Positions 8,332-16,069 of a DNA stretch of 20,000 nucleotides are shown here, piece by piece. The stretch comes from an uncultured virus (IMG/VR IMGVR_UViG_3300027793_000086). Taxonomy: Duplodnaviria > Heunggongvirae > Uroviricota > Caudoviricetes. A program made the position numbers and the translations under genes. Each line of letters begins with the position of its first letter. The first letter of the stretch is position 1. The stretch is taken from the IMG/VR virus record IMGVR_UViG_3300027793_000086. The stretch is one strand, 5' to 3'. A model generated the notes under the pieces. That model worked only from the letters and a program-made list of their open reading frames with translations, searched no databases and was not told the origin of the DNA.

Positions 8332-9585
8332 TTACAACTGCGTCAAATTTAACGTCAAAGACGCGGTACCTATGGTTCCAGTTGGGCTAGTTCTCGTCAC
8401 AGACAGGGCACTATCTGTTGCGATACTATCACCCCAAAAATCTGTTGTAGTTGTGTTTGTCCATGCACTAGACGCGTACACCACCGAAGAGCTGCCTACT
8501 GTGTACGTTCCTGTTAAAGACCCGTCTGAAGGTAGCTTGGCAAATGAAGTGTTTGTGCCGACGTAAAGATTGTTTGACCTATCGATCTTTAGGCTGTATC
8601 CGAACCCACCCGCAGTGAGGCTTCTTTGCCATACTATAGAACCTGAACTGTTGTATTTTGTTATCTGTGCTTTTCCATCCATGTCGCCTAACGCATACAC
8701 GTTATTGAAAGCGTCTACAGCGACAGATTGGTTACCACCGGTAGCTCCTGTTAAAGTCCTTTGCCACTGTATCGCCCCACTGCTATCAGTCTTCAACAAA
8801 CGTGGCACAGAAGTAACACCTGAAAAACCAGCAGCGTAGATATTATTGTTTTGATCCACCGCAAGATCGTTTGCAGCGCCATACCCAGATAAATACTTTT
8901 TCCATTGTTGAGTACCGCTAGTGTTGTACTTTGAAACGTAAGTACCCCCGTTGTCCCAGCCTCCAACGTAGATATTTTTAGAGCTGTCAAGAACTACACC
9001 TGACAGATAATGGCTTCCTACATATGCTGTTGTTTCGAAACTAGTTTGCTCCACGCCCGACGCATTGAATTTAATAAAAAATCCTAGCTCTTGCGTAGGT
9101 CCTGATTTCCCTACGATATAAACCTCCCCTGTCGCTTTATCTAAAAAACCACCTTGGGACCCTAAAAAGTATTGTTGTACAAAGTTATTGTAAACTATTG
9201 AACCAGAAGAGTTAAGTTTAACTATTGCAAAACCAAGAGCGCCTGTTGAGATCTCGGGTATGGATGTAGAAAAGTAAATATTGCCGTTATTGTCAACGTC
9301 AAAAAATGAAAGGCCGTGGACGCCACTAAACCCAGAAACTGTAGTATTCCAAGTTTTTTGCCACTGTAATACACCGATAGAATTGTATTTTATAATATAG
9401 ACATCATATGGAAATCCGGGACTTGATGCCAATAAGTACACGTTACCGTCGTAGTCTACGGTGGTAAAAATATAATAGTTATAAGATGAGATAGAGCCAA
9501 TCCAATACGGGCCACCGATATTAGCAACGGATAGAAACCCAACTCCTCTTGATGAGGCGACACCACGAGTACCGATTAACGGCAT
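8332..9585 (-). CDS. Beta-propeller repeat protein, putative receptor-binding adhesin of the tail fibre
   Basis: 417 aa. Repeated (V/L)D-x-x-x-N-(I/V)-Y....KYNSSG..(Q/V)WQ blades (SBBP-like). Short N-terminal MPLIGTRG.ASSRG.GF leader. TAATG coupling to the fibre gene; AT-rich. Confidence 0.7.
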   Translation of the reverse strand: MPLIGTRGVASSRGVGFLSVANIGGPYWIGSISSYNYYIFTTVDYDGNVYLLASSPGFPYDVYIIKYNSIGVLQWQKTWNTTVSGFSGVHGLSFFDVDNNGNIYFSTSIPEISTGALGFAIVKLNSSGSIVYNNFVQQYFLGSQGGFLDKATGEVYIVGKSGPTQELGFFIKFNASGVEQTSFETTAYVGSHYLSGVVLDSSKNIYVGGWDNGGTYVSKYNTSGTQQWKKYLSGYGAANDLAVDQNNNIYAAGFSGVTSVPRLLKTDSSGAIQWQRTLTGATGGNQSVAVDAFNNVYALGDMDGKAQITKYNSSGSIVWQRSLTAGGFGYSLKIDRSNNLYVGTNTSFAKLPSDGSLTGTYTVGSSSVVYASSAWTNTTTTDFWGDSIATDSALSVTRTSPTGTIGTASLTLNLTQL

Positions 9586-10574
9586 TATGCAAACCTCGTT
9601 TGAGAGGCCAAAACGGTGAAAGCTGCTGCCCCCGTTTTAATAATTGTGTAGGCGTACACGTCAATACCTGATACGTTACCCACCGTTGGTGCGGAGCCAC
9701 CCTGCCATTTCGGCGTTACCGAAGCACCATCCACCTGCACTGCACTGTTGTAGTACGCCGTGGTTCCTTGGGTAACAAGGAACGCCACCGTCACGCTCTG
9801 CCCCGTGCTCATCGCCGTGTTCAGGCTTGTGCCGCTGCTGGCGCGGAAGTTCACCGTCCAGTTGGCCGAGGCGTTCGTGGTGTAGTACAGCACCGACTGC
9901 GTGGTGATGTCGTAGTTGATCGTACCCGTTGCCGCCGTGGCGGAAATCGTCACTACTTCTGCGGCGTCCGTCAAGACAGTAGCCAACGTACTGGACGAAC
10001 CACTGAAGGTTTGCGTTGCCGTGAAAGTTGTGGCTGTTCCGGGGGCCACGTAGTCAGTGCCCGCAGTAGCGGCAGTGAACGCCGAAGTGCCGTTGCCTTT
10101 GAGAACGCCAGTCAGAGTGGCTGCTCCCGTACCACCAGAAGCTACGGGCAGCGCTGAGCCAAGCGTCAGGGAGCCAAAGTAGTTCGTCGCCGTTACTACG
10201 TCTGTGCCATTGCAACGCAGAAAGGCCGTGGACCCATTGGGGACCGAGATCCCAGACCCAGCAGAGGTCTTGAGCGTTTGTGCAAAGCCCGTGTTGTTGA
10301 AGACGATGTAAACCTTGCTGACCGCAGGACAGATCACATTTCGCGCCAGTCCAGGGGAGCCCGTCAGGTTCAGCACCATCGCCCGCGCTTCGTCGGTTGC
10401 GCCGTTGTTTGAGGACAGCGTGTAGTCCGCTGCCGTCATGGTAATCGTGGCGGTCCCCGCGATGGAGGTGTCCACCAGCGCCGTCAAGCCCGTATTGACC
10501 TGGGTGCCCCACGTACCAGAGTACTCCCCGGTATTAGGCTGGACCAGCCGAAGACTTGTGGTGTATGAAGCCAT
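9585..10574 (-). CDS. Tail fibre protein
   Basis: 329 aa, T/A/S/G-rich. N-terminal GEYSGTWG..N attachment motif, LPVASGGTGA fibre motif, and C-terminal KWQGGSAPT...GIDVYAYTIIKTG fibre-tip domain. Confidence 0.75.
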   Translation of the reverse strand: MASYTTSLRLVQPNTGEYSGTWGTQVNTGLTALVDTSIAGTATITMTAADYTLSSNNGATDEARAMVLNLTGSPGLARNVICPAVSKVYIVFNNTGFAQTLKTSAGSGISVPNGSTAFLRCNGTDVVTATNYFGSLTLGSALPVASGGTGAATLTGVLKGNGTSAFTAATAGTDYVAPGTATTFTATQTFSGSSSTLATVLTDAAEVVTISATAATGTINYDITTQSVLYYTTNASANWTVNFRASSGTSLNTAMSTGQSVTVAFLVTQGTTAYYNSAVQVDGASVTPKWQGGSAPTVGNVSGIDVYAYTIIKTGAAAFTVLASQTRFA

Positions 10575-10577
10575 GAT

Positions 10578-11087
10578 TTAGTGCCAGTTCGGAGACTGGG
10601 GGTTAGAGATCTGCGCCCATGCAGGGGCTTGCGTATCGGGCACTACCGACCATCCCGGCGTTTGACTTGTTCCCGCTGCGGTCCATCCCGGTGTTTGAAT
10701 CGTCCCTGCCGCTGCCCACCCCGGTGATTGGGCGTCTAATATCAGTTGCCAGTTAGGCGTTTGCCCAGATGGGATGGTAATCCAAGAGCCCGATGCCGTA
10801 AAGGAACTTTGCCAGTTTGGACTCTGCGTGCTCAGCACATCTGCCCAGCCCGGAGCTGGCGGTGTTGGAACATTGCCCCACGATGAAGTCTGCGTATTTA
10901 CAACAATCTGCCAATTTGGGATCTGCGTGTCATCAATGATGTTCCACAGTGCCGTAGTGACAGAGACATTCCCAATGAAACCTTGGGCTTGAACTCCAAT
11001 AACCTGAACAATGACACTTGTACCAGAGGAAACTGCTCCGTTGTAACTACCGAAGTAGCTGCCGAAGTAAGTGCCTGCGTAACTCAT
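10578..11087 (-). CDS. Virion protein with Trp-periodic C-terminal repeats
   Basis: 169 aa. YFGSYFGSY N-terminus, then eleven ~11-aa units ending in Q(T/S)PxW. ATGA overlap with the upstream gene. Confidence 0.7.
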   Translation of the reverse strand: MSYAGTYFGSYFGSYNGAVSSGTSVIVQVIGVQAQGFIGNVSVTTALWNIIDDTQIPNWQIVVNTQTSSWGNVPTPPAPGWADVLSTQSPNWQSSFTASGSWITIPSGQTPNWQLILDAQSPGWAAAGTIQTPGWTAAGTSQTPGWSVVPDTQAPAWAQISNPQSPNWH

Positions 11088-11935
11088 GTCGGGTTCAAAG
11101 TTGTTACGTCTCTTGTACCGGTTGTGTAAGAAGCCTGCACTCGGATAGTCGCGCCGTCAACACTGCGGAACACCATTGTGCTCCCTTCCAAACCAGTGGC
11201 ATCTCCAGCATTGACCGCAAGCAATAGCCGCATAACGTCACGCAAGGTCAGAGTGCCTTCTACGATACCTAGCAGTGGATCAGCCGCCGTACCCGCAGAG
11301 TTTAGCAACTCGCCCATCGTGCCGGGGTCGTTGTATGCGCTGGACAAAGCACTCCATACCGCCGCCGCTAAATTTTGCGGGCTGAGTTCTGTAAACGGCG
11401 TGATGTCGCCCGACAGGTTGCCCGTGGCGCGTGGCGTGGCGCTAGCCGAGAACTGCACCAGCGTGGCGCCGACAGCGTCAACGATGGCCCCAAGCGTGGC
11501 GTTGTTGACCGTGAACGTGACTGCTGTGCTGCCCGATGCCGACAGAGCGCCGGCCAAGTTGGCCGCAAGGTTGAACGTGATGGAGGCGTTGCCGACCGCC
11601 GAGACGATCAGTTGCCCGTCTGCCGGGTTGACAGTAATCGTGACCGTCGTAGAGCCGTTAATATTAACGCCAGCCGCAAGATTTAGCAGCCCCGGCGTGA
11701 CCGTCACCACCAGATTGGTGAACGACGACATCGCCCCCGGCTTGTACGGTAGCACCCACGACGATGGCGCGAGGTGCCCGGAGGGGATGCCCGCCAGCTT
11801 GGACGGGATGCCCTGGCCCACGGACTGGTTGCGCAGATCCGTGCGGCCCCACATCGGGCGCAGCGTGCCCACCGCGCCCCCGAGGTGGCGCAGCGGCATC
11901 TGAGCCAGCAATGTGGTGTTCTGCTTCAGCCCCAC
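11084..11935 (-). CDS. Hypothetical virion structural protein (283 aa; start corrected)
   Basis: GGAG RBS 5 nt before GTG at 11935 (MGLKQNTTLL...), overlapping the end of the upstream gene. A/T/G/V-rich beta-strand region, then LSPQNLAAAVW, GTMGELL and TLRDVMRLLLAVNAG motifs. The supplied 433-aa ORF adds a spurious extension. Confidence 0.7.
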   Translation of the reverse strand: MGLKQNTTLLAQMPLRHLGGAVGTLRPMWGRTDLRNQSVGQGIPSKLAGIPSGHLAPSSWVLPYKPGAMSSFTNLVVTVTPGLLNLAAGVNINGSTTVTITVNPADGQLIVSAVGNASITFNLAANLAGALSASGSTAVTFTVNNATLGAIVDAVGATLVQFSASATPRATGNLSGDITPFTELSPQNLAAAVWSALSSAYNDPGTMGELLNSAGTAADPLLGIVEGTLTLRDVMRLLLAVNAGDATGLEGSTMVFRSVDGATIRVQASYTTGTRDVTTLNPT

Positions 11936-12804
11936 GCCATCTCCAGCGAGCCGTAGAAGTTGGTGCTCGCCGCCGTGGCCGCGCCCGCGAAGTACAGCCA
12001 CACCAAGCACGCGCCGTCTTTGACCTGGGGCAGGCTCGGGATCTGGTTCAACAGGTCGCGCTCGCCCGCCACCGAGGCTGTCGTGATCGGCAAGGTCAGC
12101 AAAGGCCGCGCAAGGCACAGCGCCCCGGTGCCGGTGTTTGCGGCGGACATGGTGACCGAGGCCACGTTGGACACGCCTGTGTCGCCGGACGCCAGGGGCA
12201 GGAACGGCCCGTAGTTGTTGGCCGCAGTGCCGGAGTGGCTGATGTGGCCTGCAATCGCCGAGGCAGTCATGGCGACTGTGACCGGCAGCGCCCTGCCCGA
12301 AGTCGGCACCGTGTTGCTGTAGCTGAGCGCGATGTTTTGGGCCGTGGCACCCGCTGCGGCGGTCTGCACCCAGAACAGTCGGCACCCGGCCCCGTTGGTG
12401 TAGCGCAGGCTCGGCGTGCCCGTCAGCGTCTGAGCCACAGCACTGTTGTTGCTGATGCCGGGCCAGTAGCCTTGCAGGTCCACCAGCATCAGTTGTGCAG
12501 GCACGCCCGTGGCCACCGCCGTCACTGCCGAGACGTTCAGGATGTGCTTGGTGTCCGGGCTGACGTTGCCACCGTGCGGGATGCCGAAGATCTGCGTGCC
12601 GTTGCCCGTGGCCTCATCGCAAGTGCGCCACGCCAGCGCAGTGCCCGCCCAAGCGTTTGCCACGGGAGTGCCGTTCAGGTTGCTCATGTCATACCACCGG
12701 CCCGCCGCGTAGGCGGCAGCGCCTGTCAGCTTGTTCCAGTCGGCACGACTGAACTTGCCGCTGGTCATCTCGTTGATCAGATCATCCATCGATGAGAAAG
12801 GCAT
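11926..12804 (-). CDS. Hypothetical phage structural protein, paralogue B
   Basis: 292 aa; collinear motifs shared with 12808..13662; ends in WG. Confidence 0.75.
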   Translation of the reverse strand: MPFSSMDDLINEMTSGKFSRADWNKLTGAAAYAAGRWYDMSNLNGTPVANAWAGTALAWRTCDEATGNGTQIFGIPHGGNVSPDTKHILNVSAVTAVATGVPAQLMLVDLQGYWPGISNNSAVAQTLTGTPSLRYTNGAGCRLFWVQTAAAGATAQNIALSYSNTVPTSGRALPVTVAMTASAIAGHISHSGTAANNYGPFLPLASGDTGVSNVASVTMSAANTGTGALCLARPLLTLPITTASVAGERDLLNQIPSLPQVKDGACLVWLYFAGAATAASTNFYGSLEMAWG

Positions 12805-12807
12805 GCT

Positions 12808-13662
12808 TTATCCCCAGACAAATTGCACCCACCCGCGCAGGGGGGTGTAGTTGGTTGTGTTCAACAGCGCGATCATGTTCAGATACGCGCCTTCTTTGAT
12901 CTCAGGCACGTTGGCGTTCTGATTGAAGAACGTCTTTTCGGCTTGTGTGTTGGCCTCGAAGATCTGAATCTGCGCCAGCGGCTTGACCAGCACGAAGTTC
13001 ACAAACCCACCCGCACCACCCAAGAAGGTGACGCTTTCAATCGACCGGATGCCCTTGTCGCCATTAGCCAGGGGCGCGAACGGGCTCACCGCCGTGCTTA
13101 CGATGCTGTCGCTGCCTGTGTTGCCGATCAGGCCAATGTTGCCCGATGCAGTGACCCCGAAGGTCACTATGCGACCCGCCACACCATTGCTGTTGGTGTA
13201 GTTGACCGTGCACTGCACCGAGTTTGCAGTCGGCGTTGCAATCACGCACATCAGCCTCACGCCATGGCCATCCATGTATCTGGGCAGCGTGAGCGCGTTG
13301 TCCATCGCCTGCGGGTCGGCATCGTCGCCGTCAACCAGCGGGTAGAACATGAGGTAGTCGCACAGCATGAAGTGCGACGGCACCCCCACGCCCGCTGTGC
13401 CGATGGACATGGCGTGCAGGTACTTGGTCAGCCCGACTGGCGGCGTCGGCCCGGCGTAGATGCCCCGGTTGCCCTCGCCGTAGACAGGTGTGGCCTGGAA
13501 CTGTGAGCCGACGTAAGCCTGATAGACCGGGATGCCCGAACCCACCGAGGTGTCCACCCAGCGCCCGCCGACGTTGGGGCCTGTGGTCTTGTAGAAGAAT
13601 GACTGCCAAGTGTTGCTGCCATCCGCAGCATCGCCCAGCACGCGAACGCTATTCAGCGACAT
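12808..13662 (-). CDS. Hypothetical phage structural protein, paralogue A
   Basis: 284 aa; GAGGTG RBS; motifs shared with 11926..12804; ends in WG. Confidence 0.75.
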   Translation of the reverse strand: MSLNSVRVLGDAADGSNTWQSFFYKTTGPNVGGRWVDTSVGSGIPVYQAYVGSQFQATPVYGEGNRGIYAGPTPPVGLTKYLHAMSIGTAGVGVPSHFMLCDYLMFYPLVDGDDADPQAMDNALTLPRYMDGHGVRLMCVIATPTANSVQCTVNYTNSNGVAGRIVTFGVTASGNIGLIGNTGSDSIVSTAVSPFAPLANGDKGIRSIESVTFLGGAGGFVNFVLVKPLAQIQIFEANTQAEKTFFNQNANVPEIKEGAYLNMIALLNTTNYTPLRGWVQFVWG

Positions 13663-13783
13663 CGGGTGTCACCTCAACATGCCAATCCACCGCGCCATCT
13701 GGGTGCTCCGGGCACTGTTGCACCTCGTTGTCCACAAGCTCAAGGCCTCGCAGACAGTGGGCGCAAAAGTACCGCAGAGTCAC
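13649..13783 (-). CDS. Small putative zinc-binding protein (44 aa, CxxC-x13-CxxH); not in ORF track
   Basis: GTG 1 nt after the upstream TGA. Translation MTLRYFCAHCLRGLELVDNEVQQCPEHPDGAVDWHVEVTPDVAE*. Exactly fills the gap and overlaps the start of the next gene. Confidence 0.65.
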   Translation of the reverse strand: MTLRYFCAHCLRGLELVDNEVQQCPEHPDGAVDWHVEVTPDVAE

Positions 13784-13784
13784 A

Positions 13785-14225
13785 TCAGTCCACGGTGGCG
13801 GTCATGGCACCGGCAGCGAACTGCGGCTGGATGCCGTTGCTGATCGACAGGCTGCTGTTCAGCGCACCCTTGAGCAGCAGATTGCCCGCGCCGCTGGAGT
13901 CCGTGCCGATGCCGAAATGTGTGGCCGTGGCGGTGCCCGCCGTACATTGACCGAACTGCACCAGCGCGGTGTTGGCAATGGTAGACACCGTTCGCGTCCA
14001 GCCGCCTGCGGTGCGGTTCACAGCCACGCGGGCGTAGCCGGTGTAGCTGATCTCGTTGGTGCTCTGGTTGCCCGCCTCTCCAGGGTCTGCGCTGTGCAAG
14101 CTAATAAAGAACGAGCCTGCCGTAGCCGAGTTCTGCAGGCCAGCGGCGTCCCCGATGTTCGCCCAATCGACGTTCAGGAACAGAAGGTCGAGAAGTGCCG
14201 CTTCGGCGGCGTTGGTCATGGACAT
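13785..14225 (-). CDS. Phage structural protein (~146 aa fibre/tail-tip associated family)
   Basis: ISLHSADPGEAG..TNEISYTGYARVAV, F...TAG.T.THFGI and G.L motifs typical of small phage structural proteins. TAAGGA RBS. Confidence 0.7.
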   Translation of the reverse strand: MSMTNAAEAALLDLLFLNVDWANIGDAAGLQNSATAGSFFISLHSADPGEAGNQSTNEISYTGYARVAVNRTAGGWTRTVSTIANTALVQFGQCTAGTATATHFGIGTDSSGAGNLLLKGALNSSLSISNGIQPQFAAGAMTATVD

Positions 14226-14234
14226 GGTATTTCC

Positions 14235-14657
14235 TTACGCGATACGAATGATTGCGTTGGTTGCATTTGCAACAGGGAACTGGACGGTAAACGTACTACT
14301 AGAGGAGGACTTATCCTGCCCAAAGTCCAGCACCGCGACAGATTTATTTCCCTTGCTGGAGTTGTATATCAACGCTCCTCGGGCCGTGATGGTCGCAGAG
14401 GTAAATGAGATATTGTCAAACGTCACCCAAGCGGTAGTGCCAGAACTTGCCACTGTTACGCCTGTCAGCGTCCCGCCACCAGCAACGTATGACCCGCTTG
14501 CAGCCACTTCGTTGGTTGAGGAATAGACCGTGGTCGCAGCGCCTAGATCCGCAGCAGAAGTGTACAAGGCAAGTTTGAACGTGTCCGTACCAAAAACCTG
14601 GGTGCCCGTGAATAGCTCCGCTTTGAAGCTGGTGGTCATCGTTTGAACGATAGCCAT
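14235..14657 (-). CDS. Phage structural protein (~140 aa)
   Basis: TSFKAEL, FKLALYT, TNEV..GSY.AGG..L, ITARGALIYN and AVLDFG.DK motifs of a widespread phage virion family. Confidence 0.7.
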   Translation of the reverse strand: MAIVQTMTTSFKAELFTGTQVFGTDTFKLALYTSAADLGAATTVYSSTNEVAASGSYVAGGGTLTGVTVASSGTTAWVTFDNISFTSATITARGALIYNSSKGNKSVAVLDFGQDKSSSSSTFTVQFPVANATNAIIRIA

Positions 14658-14658
14658 A

Positions 14659-15309
14659 TCAGATCACCTGTGTCCTTACCTGCCCACTGCGGTAGGCATC
14701 TTGACGGTTCTTGCCATCACCCAGGTTCTTCAGCAGCGTCAGGGACTGCACGTACTGCTTGTCCGTATCGGCCACGATGTCAGGCTCCTGCTTCATAAAC
14801 CGAGCAGCCTCGACCAGCACCGCGTTGAACAGCACGGAGTCAAAGTTGTCGCCCAACCAAGACGTACCGGCAGTGACAATGCTGACCGGGTAGTAGAAGT
14901 AGTGCAGTTCTGCTGACAGATTCGCACTGGGCGTCGGCCCAAGGATGAACGTCAACTCCGTCAAATTTGACGAGTCAGGGCCAAACAGCGCGTAGTACTT
15001 TGGAGTACCCGTCGTGGACGGGTTAGGAAACGCGGAGCGGATGAAGTTCACATCCTTGTTCAGCAGATACTCGTAGTTTCCTGAAGCATCAATGACTGCA
15101 AGACTGAAGACAGACAAGAAGTCTGTCGGCGCGGACAGGTACTGATTGCCAGACGTCAACGTACCAGTAACGTTTTTCCGAAGCGCCGGAAGCTGAACAG
15201 AGTTGTAGATGCGCTGCTCTGCCAACTTCGTCATTGTGGCAAAGTCAGTCGCCGAGAACGTGTTCTCGACGTAATCCTCGCAGGCAACCTTGAGCGCAGC
15301 GTAGTCCAA
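14659..15309 (-). CDS. Head-tail adaptor / tail tubular protein A-like
   Basis: 216 aa, TTG start with GAGGTG RBS. Y..LK...DY.E, AEQRI, P.DFL, GTPKYYA, GPTP..... motifs and helical termini typical of podovirus adaptor rings. Confidence 0.7.
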   Translation of the reverse strand: MDYAALKVACEDYVENTFSATDFATMTKLAEQRIYNSVQLPALRKNVTGTLTSGNQYLSAPTDFLSVFSLAVIDASGNYEYLLNKDVNFIRSAFPNPSTTGTPKYYALFGPDSSNLTELTFILGPTPSANLSAELHYFYYPVSIVTAGTSWLGDNFDSVLFNAVLVEAARFMKQEPDIVADTDKQYVQSLTLLKNLGDGKNRQDAYRSGQVRTQVI

Positions 15310-15317
15310 GGCTCACC

Positions 15318-15509
15318 TCACGCCATCGGCCCGCGAGACATGAAGCCCCGCGTAGCAGCACCAGACCCACGCTGCTTGATGCCGGAAGTTTTGGCGGATG
15401 GAGCAGGATGCTTGGAGATGTTGTTCACCACCATGCAGAGGTCCCGAGGGTTCTCGGCTTCCTGGGGGTATGCCTGCTTGGCAGGCGGCAGCTTTGTGAT
15501 CTTGCCCAT
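15318..15509 (-). CDS. Small basic hypothetical protein
   Basis: 63 aa in operon order; C-terminal KTSGIKQRGSGAATRGFMSRGPMA. Confidence 0.7.
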   Translation of the reverse strand: MGKITKLPPAKQAYPQEAENPRDLCMVVNNISKHPAPSAKTSGIKQRGSGAATRGFMSRGPMA

Positions 15510-15512
15510 GGC

Positions 15513-15671
15513 TCACCCCGTCTTCTGGTTCATGGCGCGGGACATATTCTTGCCCAGGCGCATGCGGTCCTCAGAGGTGGGACCACCCTTTTTGAAGCCC
15601 TTGCTGTGCATGGCCTTCACGTGCTTGCCAACTTCTTGCTTGGCAACCTTACGCATTGCTTTTTCCATCAT
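15513..15671 (-). CDS. Small basic hypothetical protein (52 aa); not in ORF track
   Basis: TAGGAG RBS, then MMEKAMRKVAKQEVGKHVKAMHSKGFKKGGPTSEDRMRLGKNMSRAMNQKTG*. Fills the gap between 15677 and 15509. Confidence 0.8.
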   Translation of the reverse strand: MMEKAMRKVAKQEVGKHVKAMHSKGFKKGGPTSEDRMRLGKNMSRAMNQKTG

Positions 15672-15676
15672 GGCTC

Positions 15677-16069
15677 CTATGCCGTTATAACGGTGACTGT
15701 ACCTACTAAACCACTTGGTGCCAAGGCATTTGGCGTCAAGGCGGCATCAAAACTTCTGGACCCACCAACCGGGTTCCAGCCCCACTCAATCACCCGGCTA
15801 CCCCCGCCGAACGAGCCCGTAGCAGTCACACCAGACGAGTACCAAGTGTTCGTGTCTGGACGCGGATCTCGTATGGCGATTGGGTCGCTGACCGGGTACA
15901 TGCCAAGCTGCAACTGCGGATGATCCATCGACCAGCATTGAGGACACGCTTTGATCTGCGTTTGTTTGGTCTTTACGACTTCGTTTTTAAGCCTCTTTAG
16001 TGGAAACCTAAAATTGCAATAATCGCAAAACCCGAAGGCCTTAGCACCATTTGCGAAGCGGTTGCTCAT
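15677..16069 (-). CDS. Conserved phage protein with CxxC...CxxC zinc ribbon and PRPD motif
   Basis: 130 aa; GFCDYC, KACPQCW, DHPQLQLG, DPRPD. ATGA overlap with the upstream gene. Confidence 0.75.
   Translation of the reverse strand: MSNRFANGAKAFGFCDYCNFRFPLKRLKNEVVKTKQTQIKACPQCWSMDHPQLQLGMYPVSDPIAIRDPRPDTNTWYSSGVTATGSFGGGSRVIEWGWNPVGGSRSFDAALTPNALAPSGLVGTVTVITA

Noticed and set aside
8332..9585. Diversity-generating retroelement target in the adhesin
   Set aside because: No template/variable repeat pair or reverse transcriptase is visible in the window; one elsewhere in the genome cannot be excluded.
11936..12385. N-terminal 150 aa of the supplied 433-aa ORF
   Set aside because: It overlaps the 292-aa gene in another frame, has Arg/His/Gly-rich off-frame composition, and a GTG with RBS exists at 11935.
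11764..14408. Long plus-strand ORFs (343, 227 and 306 aa)
   Set aside because: They are antisense shadows of GC-rich minus-strand genes, with no recognisable motifs.
15313..15516. Alternative 67-aa minus-strand ORF
   Set aside because: It overlaps 15318..15509 in another frame; the latter has the shared basic motif and fits the operon spacing.
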